Source: Camelus ferus (taxonomy: Eukaryota). From it: 64,000 nucleotides of DNA. The stretch covers positions 16,866,001 through 16,930,000 of the forward strand of contig NC_045697.1 of the NCBI RefSeq assembly GCF_009834535.1, given 5' to 3'. Positions 1 through 13,030 of the stretch are shown piece after piece. Numbering within the stretch: the stretch's first letter is position 1; every line of letters begins with the position of its first letter. Below the pieces are notes generated by a model, which was given only the letters and a program-made list of their open reading frames with translations, made no database searches and was not told where the DNA came from. Made by a program: the position numbers and the translations under genes.

Positions 1-929
1 AAGTTTCCTTGGGTGTCTGTTTTCTCAAATGGCTAACCTCATATCTAGAAAAGTGTAACAGACTTGGCATGTATGCTGTCTTTTCTGAACTCACAGAACA
101 ATGTTAAACAGCACGCCCACCAAGGGACATCACATTTCCAAGGACAACGAGGAGGAAATGTTTCCAGGATACCATTGCTGCAGAAATTCCCCTTTAGGTC
201 CCTTACAGCCACTCAAGCCAGCTGGGCAGCTTGAGAGAAATTAGGTGTGGGCTGGAAAAACAGCATTTCTGGAAAAAGGGATCAGCATCACCTATTAAAG
301 AGAAGGAGTCAGGAGGAGGAAGTTTCCCTGCACAGAAACCGAGAGGACAGCCCCACACCTTCAGAGGGGAGCCAAGAACAGACATCAAGGACCTAAAAGC
401 AGGAACGTCAAAAGCTTTTTAAGCTCTGTAATTTCTCCATGTGTATGTGTTTTTAAAAAATTATTCTTCTTCCTTGTTTGGTTTTGGTTTTGGTTTTGTA
501 TTTCTTTTTTTTATTTCTTGTTCTTGAATTTCTTTTTTTTTTTTTTTTTTTGCCCTGATTTGTTTGACCACAAAGTGCTCAGCCATGGTACTTTTCTTTG
601 AGACCACAAGGAATGGGAAAGCTAAGGAGATGCTGGTCTTTGTGGGAAGAGAGAGCTCAGGGATGGGATGAGGGTGACTGCATTAAAGAAAAGGGAAGCA
701 GAAGAGCTTGTATGACAAACGGGCCCTGAGGCAGAAACAAAATGCAAGACCAAAATTGAGGCGCAGAATTAATCAGACAAAGAACAAGAAGTTTTGACTC
801 GGCTGCATCAAGAAAGTGATACTTTTCATCTCATTTCTCCTCAAACACTAAAAGTATATCCACCCTCACCCATAAGCAAGAGATTTCTGAGAAACTCCTT
901 GGTATATGCCTTCTCTCCCCAGTATGGGT

Positions 930-1400
930 TTTTTATCTGTCAGGAGATAGATGTTTTACCATAACAAAGATGCTCAAAATAACAGTGGGTTAAAAAGAAA
1001 AAAAGTTTCTCATGGTAGTTCAAATAACATGCAGTCCTAGTCTGAAATGCTAGGACTGTTTCAAGTATTTAGCCTGAATGGTAGGTACCTGACCATCCTC
1101 AACACACTGACCTAGAGGGCTGCCCCAGCTCCTGCTATCATGACAACATTCCAGCCATTGGGAAGAGGAACATGACATTCTACTAGGCGTGCTCCTGCTT
1201 TTTATGGGTGGGGCCTGGAAGTTGAAAACATGCTCACTGACATCCCATTGGCTACAACACTACACTGCCCCACTACAAGAAAGTCAAAGAAATGGAGTCT
1301 GTAACTGGGCAGTCAGGTGCTCAGCTAGAACTCAGAGCTGCTACACTACAGTAAAGAAGAAATGAGAGATATGGAGGGACAGCCATCAGTGTTTGCCAAA
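930..1400 (-). mobile_element. MaLR solo LTR, old MLT1 class (MLT1J/K-like), degraded
   Basis: Segments 'ggaagttgaaaacatgctcactgacatcccattggc' and 'gagatatggagggacagccatcagtgtttgcca' resemble the reverse complement of the MLT1I-K consensus as I recall it. Confidence 0.7.
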
Positions 1401-1419
1401 AAGGCTAGAAATAAAAAAG

Positions 1420-1635
1420 ACCTAGGATAAAATACTGGTGCCATCACTGACCAGCTCCTTAACTTTAAATAGGTTACTATCCTGGTTAAGTTTTGATTTT
1501 CACATCTATAAAGTGAGCGTAAAAACACCCATCATATAGAAGAGTTACGAAGAATCAGTGGGATAAATGCACGTAAAGAACCTGGCCCACAGAACTGGCA
1601 ATTGATAAATGACAGTTATTAGTCTTTTACTGTTA
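1420..1635 (+). mobile_element. MIR SINE, degraded
   Basis: Core-like 'ttttcacatctataaagtgag' and 3' part 'gcacgtaaagaacctggcccacagaactggca'. Confidence 0.65.
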
Positions 1636-1646
1636 TTATTTTTAAC

Positions 1647-1869
1647 TCAAGTTGGTAAACTACAGCCCGAGGGCCAAGTCCAGCCCACCATCTGTGTTAG
1701 GAAACAAAAGTTTTATTGGACCACAGTCATGCCCAGTTGCTTGTAGATCACCTACGGCTGCTTTCACACTACAAGGGCAGAGGTGGGTGGTTGAGACAGA
1801 AACTGGATGGCCTGCAAAATTAACATATTTACTCTCTGGTCCTTTTAAGAAAAAGTTTGCTAACCTCTG
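1647..1869 (+). mobile_element. MER58A hAT-Charlie MITE
   Basis: Near full-length similarity from 'gttggtaaactacagcccgagggccaagtccagccc' to 'aaaaagtttgctaacctctg'; degenerate terminal inverted repeats. Confidence 0.88.
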
Positions 1870-2862
1870 ATCTATAAAGTCAAACAAATCTTACTTTTTC
1901 TGAGTCACATATGCTCTGTTTCTTCAGTTGCAAATAAGTCATATTTCATCACATCATTTCAAAAATGAAAGAACTAGATTATGTGAAGCACCTAGCACAA
2001 TGCCAAGCACATAGTGAACACTCAAAAACCTTTAGTCCGATTTTATTTTCCTTGACATATAGTCACCCCTGGTCCTACAAGAACACTACTAAATGTGTGC
2101 AAGATATCATGTGACAAAAACAAATGTCTCACTTTGGGGTGCTCACATCTCAAAGCCAGGTACTTTTAAAACAGCGGCACCACCACCCCGGGCAGCAACT
2201 CCTCACACTAGGCACGCCAGGGAGAGCTGTGTGCACCCTTCACGATTATCTGAAGTGCAAGTGGGAAAAACAGGGTCCACATACACATAAAAGGGAAGTC
2301 TGATCTATATGTGGACAAAGTATGTAAAGCTTTGAATGGGGAGACGCAAAATCTAAGTCAAAAATTTCTAAATAAAAAAGATGTGAAACAATATCTGACC
2401 CATAGAAATATTTATTAAATGCAGCAAAGGAAGGGAGAAGGGAGGGAGGAGGGGAGAGCCATTAGTGATTTTCCAGTGTTCTTACAATAAAGAAGATTCT
2501 TAACTGGCCAGTCTCATCTCCCTCTATGGCTCCTCACACACCACCAGTGCCTCAAATTTTCTGCTCTCCAACCGCACTGCTCTCTTTGAAGTTCCTTAAA
2601 TTTGTCCATATACCTTCTTCCTTTATCCGAACTTCCGTGCATCCTGTTCTGTCTGGCTAAAACAGTATTATTCTATGTTTTTTGATTGCCTGTTCTTACT
2701 AGCAAAAATGTCTTAGCACCCACTTGAATGCACGAATAGTCATTTACAAATTACATATACATATTTGTATGTAAAGCCACACAAATGGATGTATACATAT
2801 AGGAATATGCATATACATATACAAATTATATATGTCGGTTCCTCTCTAAATTAACAAAACAT

Positions 2863-2995
2863 GGGGGAGGGCGTAGCTCAGGGGTAGAGCATGTGCTTAG
2901 CATGCACGAGGTCCTGGGTTCAATCCCCAGTACCTTCATTAAAATAAATAAACCTAATTACCCCTGCCCCCCAAAAAAGTTTAAAATAAAAAATG
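2863..2995 (+). mobile_element. tRNA-Ala(AGC)-derived SINE, camelid Vic-1-like
   Basis: Head 'gggggagggcgtagctcaggggtagagcatgtgcttagcatgcacgaggtcctgggttcaatccccagtaccttca' carries Pol III A/B boxes; then body 'aataaacctaattacccctgcccccc', an A-rich tail and an imperfect TSD (aaattaacaaaac / aaatgacaaaac). Confidence 0.88.
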
Positions 2996-3624
2996 AAATG
3001 ACAAAACTAGAAATGTTAAGGCGAGATAAAAAGTTATTACGGACCTAATGTTTAATATTTCCCCACATCTTCAGGACAGGGATTTCTGTCCCCAGCCTCT
3101 GCCCTGGCACACTTACTTCACTTCAGGTCTCATCGGAGAACTCTGCACACCACGAGGTATTGTTCTTCTTCGCTCTTTCTCATGACTCTTTTAACTTCTC
3201 CTTCAGGGTACTTAGCACAGCTTAAACGCCATGCTCACCTGTAATTATTCAGTTAACATCTTTCTCCCTCTCTCCCTACCAGCCCCACCCCATCACCAAT
3301 TCTAATGTCTATTCAAATGTCTATTCTGTCCTCTCGCGAGAGTAGAGATGGTGTTACCACGTGTTCTCCTCACTTGTGCCTTGACACCTTGAAGATCTGA
3401 CAAAATATTGATTAAACAAATACAATCATCCCGTGAAAGAAATGGAGGCTTTTAAAAAAGACTTAGAAAGGATAAATTTAGAAAATGAGAAATGTCTTAT
3501 CAAGAAGGTAGCTGAGAAACACAGAGCCAGGTGAATAATCACATAGCACTCTCCAGGGCGTCTTCTTTTTTCAAACAGCCTTTTCTATCTGTAAAAGTAT
3601 CAGATTCTCCCAACACTTCTTCAG

Positions 3625-3755
3625 GTAGCTGAGACCAGGGATTTTTACTCCCATTTTACAGATGAGAGAGCTGAAACTCGAAGAGTTAGGATGATTTTCC
3701 TACAGCCACACAGCTAGTTGGTAACAGAATGAGAACTTGAACCTACATCTTCCCA
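3625..3755 (-). mobile_element. MIR SINE
   Basis: 'cccattttacagatgagagagctgaaactcg...ccacacagctagttggtaacagaatgagaacttgaacc'. Confidence 0.85.
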
Positions 3756-4769
3756 CTCCTCCCCTACACAGCCCACTGTCAGGCAGGGCATGGGGAGAGC
3801 CTAGGCAGTGGGAAACTCCTGATGCCCTCGGGAAGATACGACAGAAAACGCCACTATGTGCAATGCTATGTAACACCGACGAACATTGCAGAGAGGCTGG
3901 AAGAGAAAAATGGAAATAATGAAAACCCTGGGAATTAAAACAGAAAGATGCAGGGCTACGGTGAAAGTCTGGAGCATAAGAACTGAGAGATGAGAGACTC
4001 ACAGCCTTTACATCTGTCAACTTTTGATACGTTGAGGGTGGGGAGCCAGCTGCTCTTAGTTCCAAAGACAACCAAAGGAATAGGAAATTGTTTTAAATTC
4101 AGTGGGGACCCACTCTCCATTCACTCTAGAGATGATTGGATGAGCAAAACGGTTGTTAGACAGCAGAATTCCCGCCAGGGATGGTGTCTCATTCCCTGAT
4201 GATGAGAGGTGAGAGGGCTCACCACCTAACAGGGTGTCCCAGGACGGAAAGTCAGTGGAAGAGACTAGTTGTGCTGGTTCCTGCTGACCAGCACCATTCA
4301 ACATTCAGAGGGGGCTGTTATGCACAAAGCAGGAAAGAGCAGGAAAATTAGATACAACTCTGTAACTTTTCCCACTGATCGCTCCTGAACAGCAGACACT
4401 GATGGGTTTTTAAAATATATATTTTGGCTAAACAGGTAGAAAGCAGACATACATGCACATCTAGTTAGTATGGTGACTTTGACCAACCACCTGTGTAAGA
4501 GGTGTTTTCAAATTTGAGAATAAATTAAAAAAAAAAAGAAACTAAATATAAAATCACACACCAATCACAAAGCTCAAGGGATTACAGAGAGAACGGAGGA
4601 AATTTAAATGTCTTACTTTTGCTTCAAGTTAATGAACAACAATCAACAAATAGAATGGCTCTTACTGCGACTATTTCTTACGAAGGCGAATCATGCCAAA
4701 TGTACGTTATATATCACACCTCAACCCAATCTTTAATGAGGAAACGGTAGAAAATGGAAAACTAACTTG

Positions 4770-4975
4770 AAAGGAGCTGATCAAGAAATCAGAAGACCTG
4801 ACTCCAGCCTCAGCTCTGAAACTAAATCTCAAGGAAATACTAAAGTGTCCACCCCTGAGACCTTGGGTGGTAACACTTGGTCTCTCTGGCCCTCAGTTTC
4901 CTTGTCTGTAAAATGAGAAGACTTGATGTGGCACCACTCAAGGCCTTTCCCGGTTCTGAAACAACCCGACTCTTT
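4770..4975 (+). mobile_element. MIR3/MIRc SINE
   Basis: 'cctcagtttccttgtctgtaaaatgagaagacttga...aaggcctttcccggttctga'. Confidence 0.75.
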
Positions 4976-5459
4976 GGTTTTAAATCTCTAAAGAGTTATT
5001 AGAAGTAAGCTATGTATTAAAGATCTCCTTTGTGTCAATCTGAAAATTAGAGACTTTATAGTAAACATTTAGAAAGTAAAGCGTTCACTGGGCTGCATCT
5101 CCATATTAATTGAAATGCCTTAAGGCAGAGTTAAAAAGTCTAAAATATTTACATACACTTAATCGAGATTAGCTGGGGAAAAATAGAAAGAAGATTTTCC
5201 CTTACTTTGGTTCATGGCATCCTTCATCAATTAAATGTAATGATATTTTGACTCAGGTTCTCAAATTAAAATGATTTGTATGTGACTCCAGGTAACATTC
5301 AGTTAAAAGTAATAGTAAGGCTCTACTTGCAAGGGTAGTGGAGGGGTGGGCAGTATTTACCAAGTGGACACTTCCTGGCTCCTCAACAAGTTCAGAGCAA
5401 CTGAATTTCCCTTCAGGTTTCAGGGACAACTCTTGCAGGAAAGGATATAGAAACCTGGA

Positions 5460-5650
5460 CTACATTAGGTACTTGATAACCATGATCGCATTTCATTACT
5501 TCAGTCTCACGATAACAGTTGGTAGTGTCATCTACATTACACAGATGATGAAACTGAGGCTGAGAAAAGTCACATTTGCCCTGGGTCACATACTCCAGCA
5601 TCCGGCAAAAGCAAAATTCAAACTCAGGCATGCCAGGTCCCTCCATCATA
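5460..5650 (-). mobile_element. MIR SINE
   Basis: 'acagatgatgaaactgaggctgagaaaagtcacatttgccctgggtcaca'. Confidence 0.8.
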
Positions 5651-6126
5651 TGGTATCACCTCTCCAGAGTATATTTATAATGAGACATTGTTGAGCCTCT
5701 ATGTTAAATAAATAACATGTTCAAGGAGGGAATCAAAAAAGAAATGCACAAAATGTATAGCAAACATCATCAAGAATATTATCTCTCATTCTTATCTTCA
5801 AATTCTCCAATCTAACTTGGCAATTACAGGCTGTTAAGGAGTACTTCATTAGTAATTTTATTACCAAGAACATAGAACTGGTTGTAAAAGTAAACCCCAA
5901 GGTATCTAGGCTACTTTCGACTCTCAAGTCCCATAGCATTTCTTGTGGGTAATTCTATCACAAGTATCTGATGGATGCAAAATGGAATCTCCCTTACTGG
6001 CCCATCAGGCAGAAATAGCAAACCAAAGGCACAGAATCACAAAATCACTTGCGGAAAGCAATATTAAGAACGTTGAGTTTGTCCACCTCCCTCCTTTTCA
6101 GGAAAGTCTATGTTAAGCCACAGAAA

Positions 6127-6159
6127 ATGCACGCACACACACGCGCGCACGCGTGTGCA
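6127..6159. repeat. Alternating purine-pyrimidine (CA/CG) tract, potential Z-DNA former
   Basis: 'atgcacgcacacacacgcgcgcacgcgtgtgca'-type tract read directly. Confidence 0.65.
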
Positions 6160-6279
6160 ATTCCCTCCACACCTATAGGACTTCAGTGAGTGATTTCATT
6201 GTAGCAGGATTTCTTTCACTATAGGCTCTAAGCTTTGCCTGCTTGTTAACACTCACATTATTAACGCTCATTCCTTACC

Positions 6280-6705
6280 GTTCTGCCCTCCCAAATACAC
6301 TGCAAGCTTCATGAGCTACTGGTCTCCTAAGCCCATCATGGTATCCTTGCCTCTGAGCCTTCACAGATAATGCGTGCTCACTCTGCCCAGGCTGCTCCTC
6401 GCTCCTCTCCCACCGCCCACCTAACTCTCTTCCTTCAGGTGGCAGTGTGGCACTCCTTCCTGGAAGCACTTCCTAACTCCCACCTCCCCTACCTTGTCCA
6501 TGAGAGATGTCTCTTCTATACAGTCCCAGAGCATCACACTTCTTAGTTACAACCACTTGTTCTTTGATTTCCTCATTCCCCAACTATCCACCCCTGAGAG
6601 TACCCAGAATCTTACTTTGTTTATCACAGTGTCCATAGCTCCCAGGTCAACACTAGCACATTGTGGCTTATCTATAAATACTTGTTAAAAGAATGAGAAT
6701 GAATA
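6280..6705 (+). mobile_element. L2 LINE 3' fragment(s)
   Basis: Ends in an L2-type terminus 'ctagcacattgtggcttatctataaatacttgttaaaagaatgagaatgaat'. Confidence 0.7.
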
Positions 6706-7586
6706 GCTCGGATGTTCAACAGTGTTAGGAATAATAAATGCAAAAATCATCCTCAAATAAACAAACCTTTGAAAGACAAATTTTGTTAAAAATTTAGTGT
6801 CCTGAAGATTAATAACTTTTCTTGCTCTCTTAAGTTTTTAGAATATATTTTGTATTAGTAGAAATCTTCCCAAGAGTATCTATGTGTTTACTGCTCTTTA
6901 TAGAGAAAATCATACACAGTATGTCCATATAAATACATATATACATACATATTCTATATATATATACACACAGATATTATATATAACAGAGTTCTAACCA
7001 TAAAAATAATGTGCACCACAAGTTTATGTATTTATGTTTGTATATGTATATTAAATTAGTATATAAAATATGTATACTAATTCCTTGCTCTCTAGGGAAC
7101 GAATCTCACATTTAAAAACATTTCCTGATGCAGACACAGTTACACAGAAAAGCAAGGTTGGAAAGGTTGCCTGCAAGTATGTATTTATCAAAGTGTTTCT
7201 AATGGCCCCATCATTACAAGATCTAATAACTTCTAAACTTTCAGATTAATGGCTTTAGAATTTGGGGTGGAGTTTTCTTTTAATAATGCACATTTCAATC
7301 CTCGGTTAACAAGAGGTCATGTCAATAATTAATGGTTTCTGTAGCAGTTCAACACTGCATCACTTCCTTGACAGATTTTTTCAAATGTAGGCTTTGTCTT
7401 CATAACTAAGTACAAGTGGAGAAGGGAACAGAAAAGTGTGGCACAAGGCCACACTGTAGGATTTACATGCTTAACTCATGCTCTAAAGTGTTCTTAGATA
7501 TTATCCTATTTGATGGGTACAATCATGCAAGGAAATTGGGGTAAGAGAAGAGGGACAGGTAAAAAAAAAGTGGAAGATACTATTCT

Positions 7587-8105
7587 CTCTTTTTTAAACT
7601 TGTTTCTACTTTATTATTTCTTAAAATTTTATTTATTAAACTATAGTTGACTCACAATATTGTGTTAGTTTTAGGTATACAGCCTCAGATTTTTTCTATT
7701 ATACATTATCACAAGATACTGAATACAGTTCCCTGTGCTGTACAGTAGGTCCCTGTTGTTTATCTATTTTATATATAGTAGTTTGTATCTGTTAATCTGA
7801 AACTCCTAATTTATCCTCATCTTCCCCTTTGGTAATCATAAGTTTGTTTTCTATGTCTGTGAGCCTGTTTCTGTTTTGTAAATAAGTTGTTTGTATATTT
7901 TTTTAGATTCCACATATACGTGTTATCTTATAATATTTGTATTTCTCTGACTTACTTCACTTAGTATGATAATCTTTAGGTCCATCCATGTTGCTACAAA
8001 TGGCAAAATTCCACTCTTTTTATGGTTGAGTAATATTCCATTATATGTATACATATACACATCACATCTTCTTTATCCATTCCTCTGACAATGGACACTT
8101 AGGTT
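7587..8105 (-). mobile_element. 5'-truncated L1 (cetartiodactyl-type 3' end) with about 17-bp TSD, inserted into a MIR
   Basis: T-rich tail, then 'tatagttgactcacaatattgtgttagtt...tccatccatgttgctacaaatggcaaaatt...ggacacttaggtt'; TSD gtggaagatactattct (7570-7586) / gtggaagacatgattct (8106-8122). Confidence 0.9.
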
Positions 8106-8234
8106 GTGGAAGACATGATTCTTTATGCTTTATAGAACTGTAGAAACCAGAATGTAAAAAAAGTTATGTAACTTACCTAAGAACATAAACTCTACAAGAA
8201 TAGGAACATTTATCTACTTTCTTTTTCATGGCTG

Positions 8235-8320
8235 GCTTTACCCCTTGCATGGTAGTTCCTCAATAAATACTTAGTGAATTAAATATTGAATGAATGAATG
8301 AATGAATGAGCAAATGAATG
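8235..8320 (+). mobile_element. L2 3' terminus with (GAAT)n
   Basis: 'caataaatacttagtgaattaaatattgaatgaatgaatgaatgaatgag'. Confidence 0.65.
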
Positions 8321-10026
8321 CTAAAATCTGCTGTAAGAAAAGGACCTCAGCACTATCATCCTGACTCTGAGTCTTAGGAACTCCCAAATATACGAACTCT
8401 TCTGTTCTCAGACTATCTCTTGAAAAGATTAAAAATGATTTAAAGGAAAATAATTGCATATATTCCAAAAGACAATTAATAAGTTTTATCCCCACTTCAA
8501 AAGGCAAAACACTGTTGAAGATTTTTTTAAATTAGCTTCCTTACATAATTTTTCCCTACTATTAATGTTCACTTCTAACATATATATATTCCAAGTATAA
8601 TAATAATAAAAAAGAATTGAGCCTCTTTGCTGATAATTTACCAGGTACTCTGAATGCACAGAATAACAATACTAACAACAGTAAATTATGCTACATAACT
8701 GCTGCACTCGCTATGCTATGTGCCACGTAGGTATTAAGGCAGCAGTGACACTGCCTCACTTTACCACAGCATTCATGCCCCAGAGATAGTTGTAAGCAGT
8801 ATCTTACTGCTACACGTAGGATACATCGTTCTCCTACACTAATTACTAGGATTACTACATTATGCATAAGAAAACAGCCACATGCTTTCAAGAACCATAA
8901 GGAACAACGTGCATCTCCTGTTTTATCGAAGGCAGAACTCAGCTGGCCTCTCTGAAGAGTAGGTTCTCGCTGAGAAACATGCTCAACCTTTCCTGATCCC
9001 TGGAGAAGTGAGTTATCGCACTCAGGTCCATCTCAGAGGTGAAATCGGCTGCACTGACACGCGGGGCTTCTGCAGGCATCTCTAACTCACTGGCGATCAA
9101 CCGAAAGGCAAGAGCACAGAAGACCTAGGTACAATTTTAATCAATTCCTGTAATTGAGGGGAATAAAGCATGACCACCTGACAAAGTCAAAATCAAGTCA
9201 AACAGGACAGAGGAAGAAGCATCACCATCTGATACAGAAATTGGCATCTGTTGTTAAAACTGCTCCCAGAAATGCTAAAATAAAATAAAAGTAGCTAGTG
9301 GTCTCACCCGGAGAGAGTTTGGCAGCTATAATCAAAGCATCCTTATGAGCTGGAGACTTCTTTAAATTTAGTTTTCCACCCAGTTAAAATGTGACATAAA
9401 GAGCTCTCCAGAATCTTACTGTTGACCTGGAGGCACAGCCCTTCCCAAGCCCAATTCCCTAAGGTCAGTCACAAAGCGTAGGGCCACCTCACTTTCTGGA
9501 AATCAAGGCCATTTCTTCAGAGTCCAGGCCGATTAAGGGACGTGGGCAGGCAGATAGGACTATAAGACAATGACCATTTTATGAAATTGGGAACTAGGTC
9601 TTCTTCTCCACCCTGGTCACCCCCCAGTGCCGAGCACAATGCTGCTTAATAAATATTTGTTGAACGAATCAAACAACTGATTAACCTAGAACTAACAAAA
9701 ATTAACCAGCGGAGAGCAGCATCTGACCCTGAGAAAGTGCTCACACAAAAGGCAGGCGAAGCTGCTTTCCCCTGGGGCCTGGGGCCTCCTCCACTCTGAC
9801 CCCATCTACGGAGCATGCCCTTTCCTCGGAAAGAACTCCAAAGAGCGTGTGAAAGGCAAAACTGGGTGACAGGAGCCTACAGGTGAGTCAGATCCTGCTC
9901 CGGGAGCCAAACCACATCACCTGAGCTTATTCCCCAGCAACACTGCAAAGGCCTTTTTAAGCGCCTCCTTTGGCCAATGAGAAAACTGGAAGCAGAGGAG
10001 CTTAAATTAGTTGCTCAAAACATCCC

Positions 10027-10029
<3 letters not shown>

Positions 10030-10061
<32 letters not shown>
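10030..10061 (+). repeat. Poly(A)32 tract inside a degraded minus-strand MIR (about 9965-10100)
   Basis: Counted directly; flanks 'gagaaaactggaagcagaggagcttaaattagttgctcaa' and 'cagagccgaaatatga' are MIR-like. Confidence 0.85.
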
Positions 10062-10062
<1 letters not shown>

Positions 10063-10624
10063 AGAGCCGAAATATGAGCAAATATTTCTGTAACCCACTG
10101 TCACCTTCTCTCCTCTACACCCCGGGCGTTTCAGCAACTAGACTGAAAACTTAACATGTGATGAAGGTCAAAAGCCAAGACCTAGAGAAACAGGAATGGA
10201 AAAAAACCATAGCAAGAAATCCCAGCCGAGGAATGCTACAACCACGGGGCGCAAAATCGCTGGCGCAGAGTCTCCTCGAATTGAGCAGGTTTTCTCTGTC
10301 TTGTACTAGGCAAGATCTTGGTTCAACAGAATAAAAAAGTTTTCCTGGCACTGCATCTTTGAAGGAATTTACCGTGGTGTTCTTTTTATAACGTGCATTG
10401 AGCAACATAACAAATGATTCTTGCATCAGTGACTGCTTGGTGATTTCTTCCCCCTCCTTTCAAGTCCTTGGGGAAGAAAGCTTCAATCATATTTCCTTGT
10501 GTCTGTCGCACAGAAAGTAGAACACTCTTAGTTCTATTTGTGCCAGCGTGCTTACGCAGAGGGCAGGAGCACTCCTGATGGGGCTACTGTTAATATTACG
10601 ATTACTGTCAGGTAATACGATTAC

Positions 10625-10865
10625 GATTATGTTTCATTCTTATTGTTTGCCAGGCATTATTCTAAGCATTGCTTTGCATTCATTATTTCATTTAATCCAC
10701 ATAACAACCCTATAAAGTGCGTATTATATGCCTCTGGTTAAAATAATCAGGAAACTGGGAGCCGTGAGGTTATATAACTTGCTTACCAAGTTGCACCCAG
10801 AAAACAGCAGAGTTGGAATTTGAACTCAAGTCAGTTTGACACCAAACCCACCTTCTTAACCACAG
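10625..10865 (-). mobile_element. MIR SINE, near full length
   Basis: 'gccaggcattattctaagca...tttaatccacataacaaccctata...gcagagttggaatttgaactcaagtcagtttgac...ttaaccac'. Confidence 0.85.
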
Positions 10866-11819
10866 CTAGATGGAGGATGCCTGGCTTTGTGACTGCTAAT
10901 CGCACCTTTTGACAAGCTGCATGCTCCTATTTTAAAAAGAGTGATTGAAAGGCTCGATCTAGCCCATTAATTTTATGCCCACTTGTATCAAAACCTCTTC
11001 AAGTCCCTTTGCAGCCTTTCTCCTTCCATTTTAAGCTCTTCTCCTTCTGTCCACAGCACCTGCCCTCTATGTGCTCCTCGAAATGAAATCCGGAGACTCC
11101 TTCCAGCCCAAGTCTTTCAACATTTGAAGAGCCAATGAAAGCACAACCTCCACTTTCAATTAAACAATATTTAATTCGCACAGCACTTTTCTTCCAAAAC
11201 AGTCAAAGAAGCCTTGGGTGCTTTTACTGAGTCTCTTGGTACCTAAATGATTGCTGAAGTTTAATTGTGTCCCCTTTAGGTGACAGATTAGCCTCATCCC
11301 CTAATCCTAGAATCTGAAAGGAGGCTGGTCCTACTCTGTCCTCCCTTAAAAAACAAGGGTCATGAAAACAAGCAAATAAACAAAGCAAGACAAAACACAA
11401 AAGCAAACTCTGTGTACATCGCAATAAAAAGCAATTAAGGAAAAGCTCTACTCTATAGAAGCTCACATGAATAATAATGGTATTTAATAATTATTGACTG
11501 CATCTTCTGTGCCAGCTACCTCTCCAAGTGCCTTCCACCAGCTTGTTTCTTCCTTCAGCACTGAATCATGTCAGACCCCAAGTCACTGCAAAAGCAGTAG
11601 ACTTAACCCCTGCGGTATATAGAGAAGGTAACAAATGGGGACAGAGGAGCAAGTTCATTGGACCAACAAAGCAGGAATGAAACACTGACAGCTAATGATC
11701 CCCAGTCAGAGAATGTTTGCCGACTTCCTCCATGAAGGAGTGATGGTCAAAATACAAATCCACATTTGCAGTAGCATGTTTGAAATCAGCCATGTTCTGC
11801 CTGTTTTAGCTCCTTATAT

Positions 11820-11975
11820 ATTCTCTTCATAATCCCCTCTGTGAGCCAGGGACTATTGTCAACAGCCTCATTTTACAGGTGTTTAAAGTGAGGCTTGAAA
11901 AGAGTGAGTAACTTGCCCAAGGACACACAGCTTTTCAGGGCTAGAGACAGGGTTTAGACTAAGCTCCCAACTCTA
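11820..11975 (-). mobile_element. MIR SINE
   Basis: 'cattttacaggtgtttaaagtgaggct...gagtaacttgcccaaggacacacagc'. Confidence 0.8.
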
Positions 11976-12829
11976 AGATCTTGACTACGAAGCAAAAAGT
12001 ATCTAAGTATGTTGTCTCCAGGTTATTGAAAAGTCAGCAAGCATTTAGAGGATAGAAGGAAGGAAATGGATTTTTTTTCTAAACAGCACAGCAAAGGAAT
12101 AATAATTTCTTGAATGACTAGGATGTCATTCAGTACCTGAGGACCCAAAATTCAGCACTTAGCATTACTGAAGAGTGATTTTCTCAGTGGTATCCTAGGG
12201 GCTTAAAACAATCCATTGGACACTTACTCCTTCTGAAAGGGACTTCAAAATGTAAAAGATTGTCACCTGTGTTTGACACTTTGTCCTGAGAGTAAAAGTT
12301 TGCAGGTAATGTGAATTGAAGGTAAAATATCCCAGTCCGCTCTGATACCCAGGCCATCAGCTAGTCGTAAGCTAAGGATTAGAACCCTGGTCATCTCATT
12401 TCCAGACAAATACTCTTCATACTGGCCATTTTCCCTCCCTCTCAGGCTTAAACCCATCCCGCCCCTGTCTATGTAATCCCTGTGTGTCGGCAGTCACCAG
12501 TTAAAGGCTCCTGAGCAGATTTAAAATGTTCTGAAGCTCCAGGAGTCCAGAGTTCTTTTGATCCTGCCTGGAAGATTCAGCAGAAAGACTTTAAAGTACA
12601 CCAGTCAGAAAGTACTGTAGAAACGAGCTGTTTTGTTTCCTGGGGCGAAAGTCTTCCAGGGGGTTGAGGAGAGAAGTGATCTGTAGGGAAGTCGGTCTTC
12701 TCGCTAATGAAATAGACTTTCCCGACGGAAATAAACATTCTCCCAGATTGGGTAGAGAAGGGAAGTGAGAAAAACCGTACTACTAATAAAGCCCTATAGC
12801 CATCATTTTCTAGGCATGAAAATTGCAGC

Positions 12830-13030
12830 AAGCACAGTGTTAGGCACGTTCCTCAGATCCAATCTAAACCTGACCATCTGTGAGGTAGGTACTAGTAATT
12901 TTATTTTTACAGATGAAGGAAAGGAAGATGAGCGAGCTTAAGCAAACTCTTTCCAAGGTCACAAAGATGCCAAGCAGCACCTCCAGGTTCCCATTTCTAG
13001 TGTGTCAGATTTCAAAGTCTGCACTCCTTC
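12830..13030 (-). mobile_element. MIR SINE
   Basis: 'tgtgaggtaggtactagt...ttttacagatgaaggaa...ccaaggtcaca'. Confidence 0.75.

Noticed and set aside
2863..2938. Functional tRNA-Ala gene
   Set aside because: Acceptor stem is imperfect, and the head is followed by a SINE body, A-rich tail and TSD rather than an oligo-T terminator.
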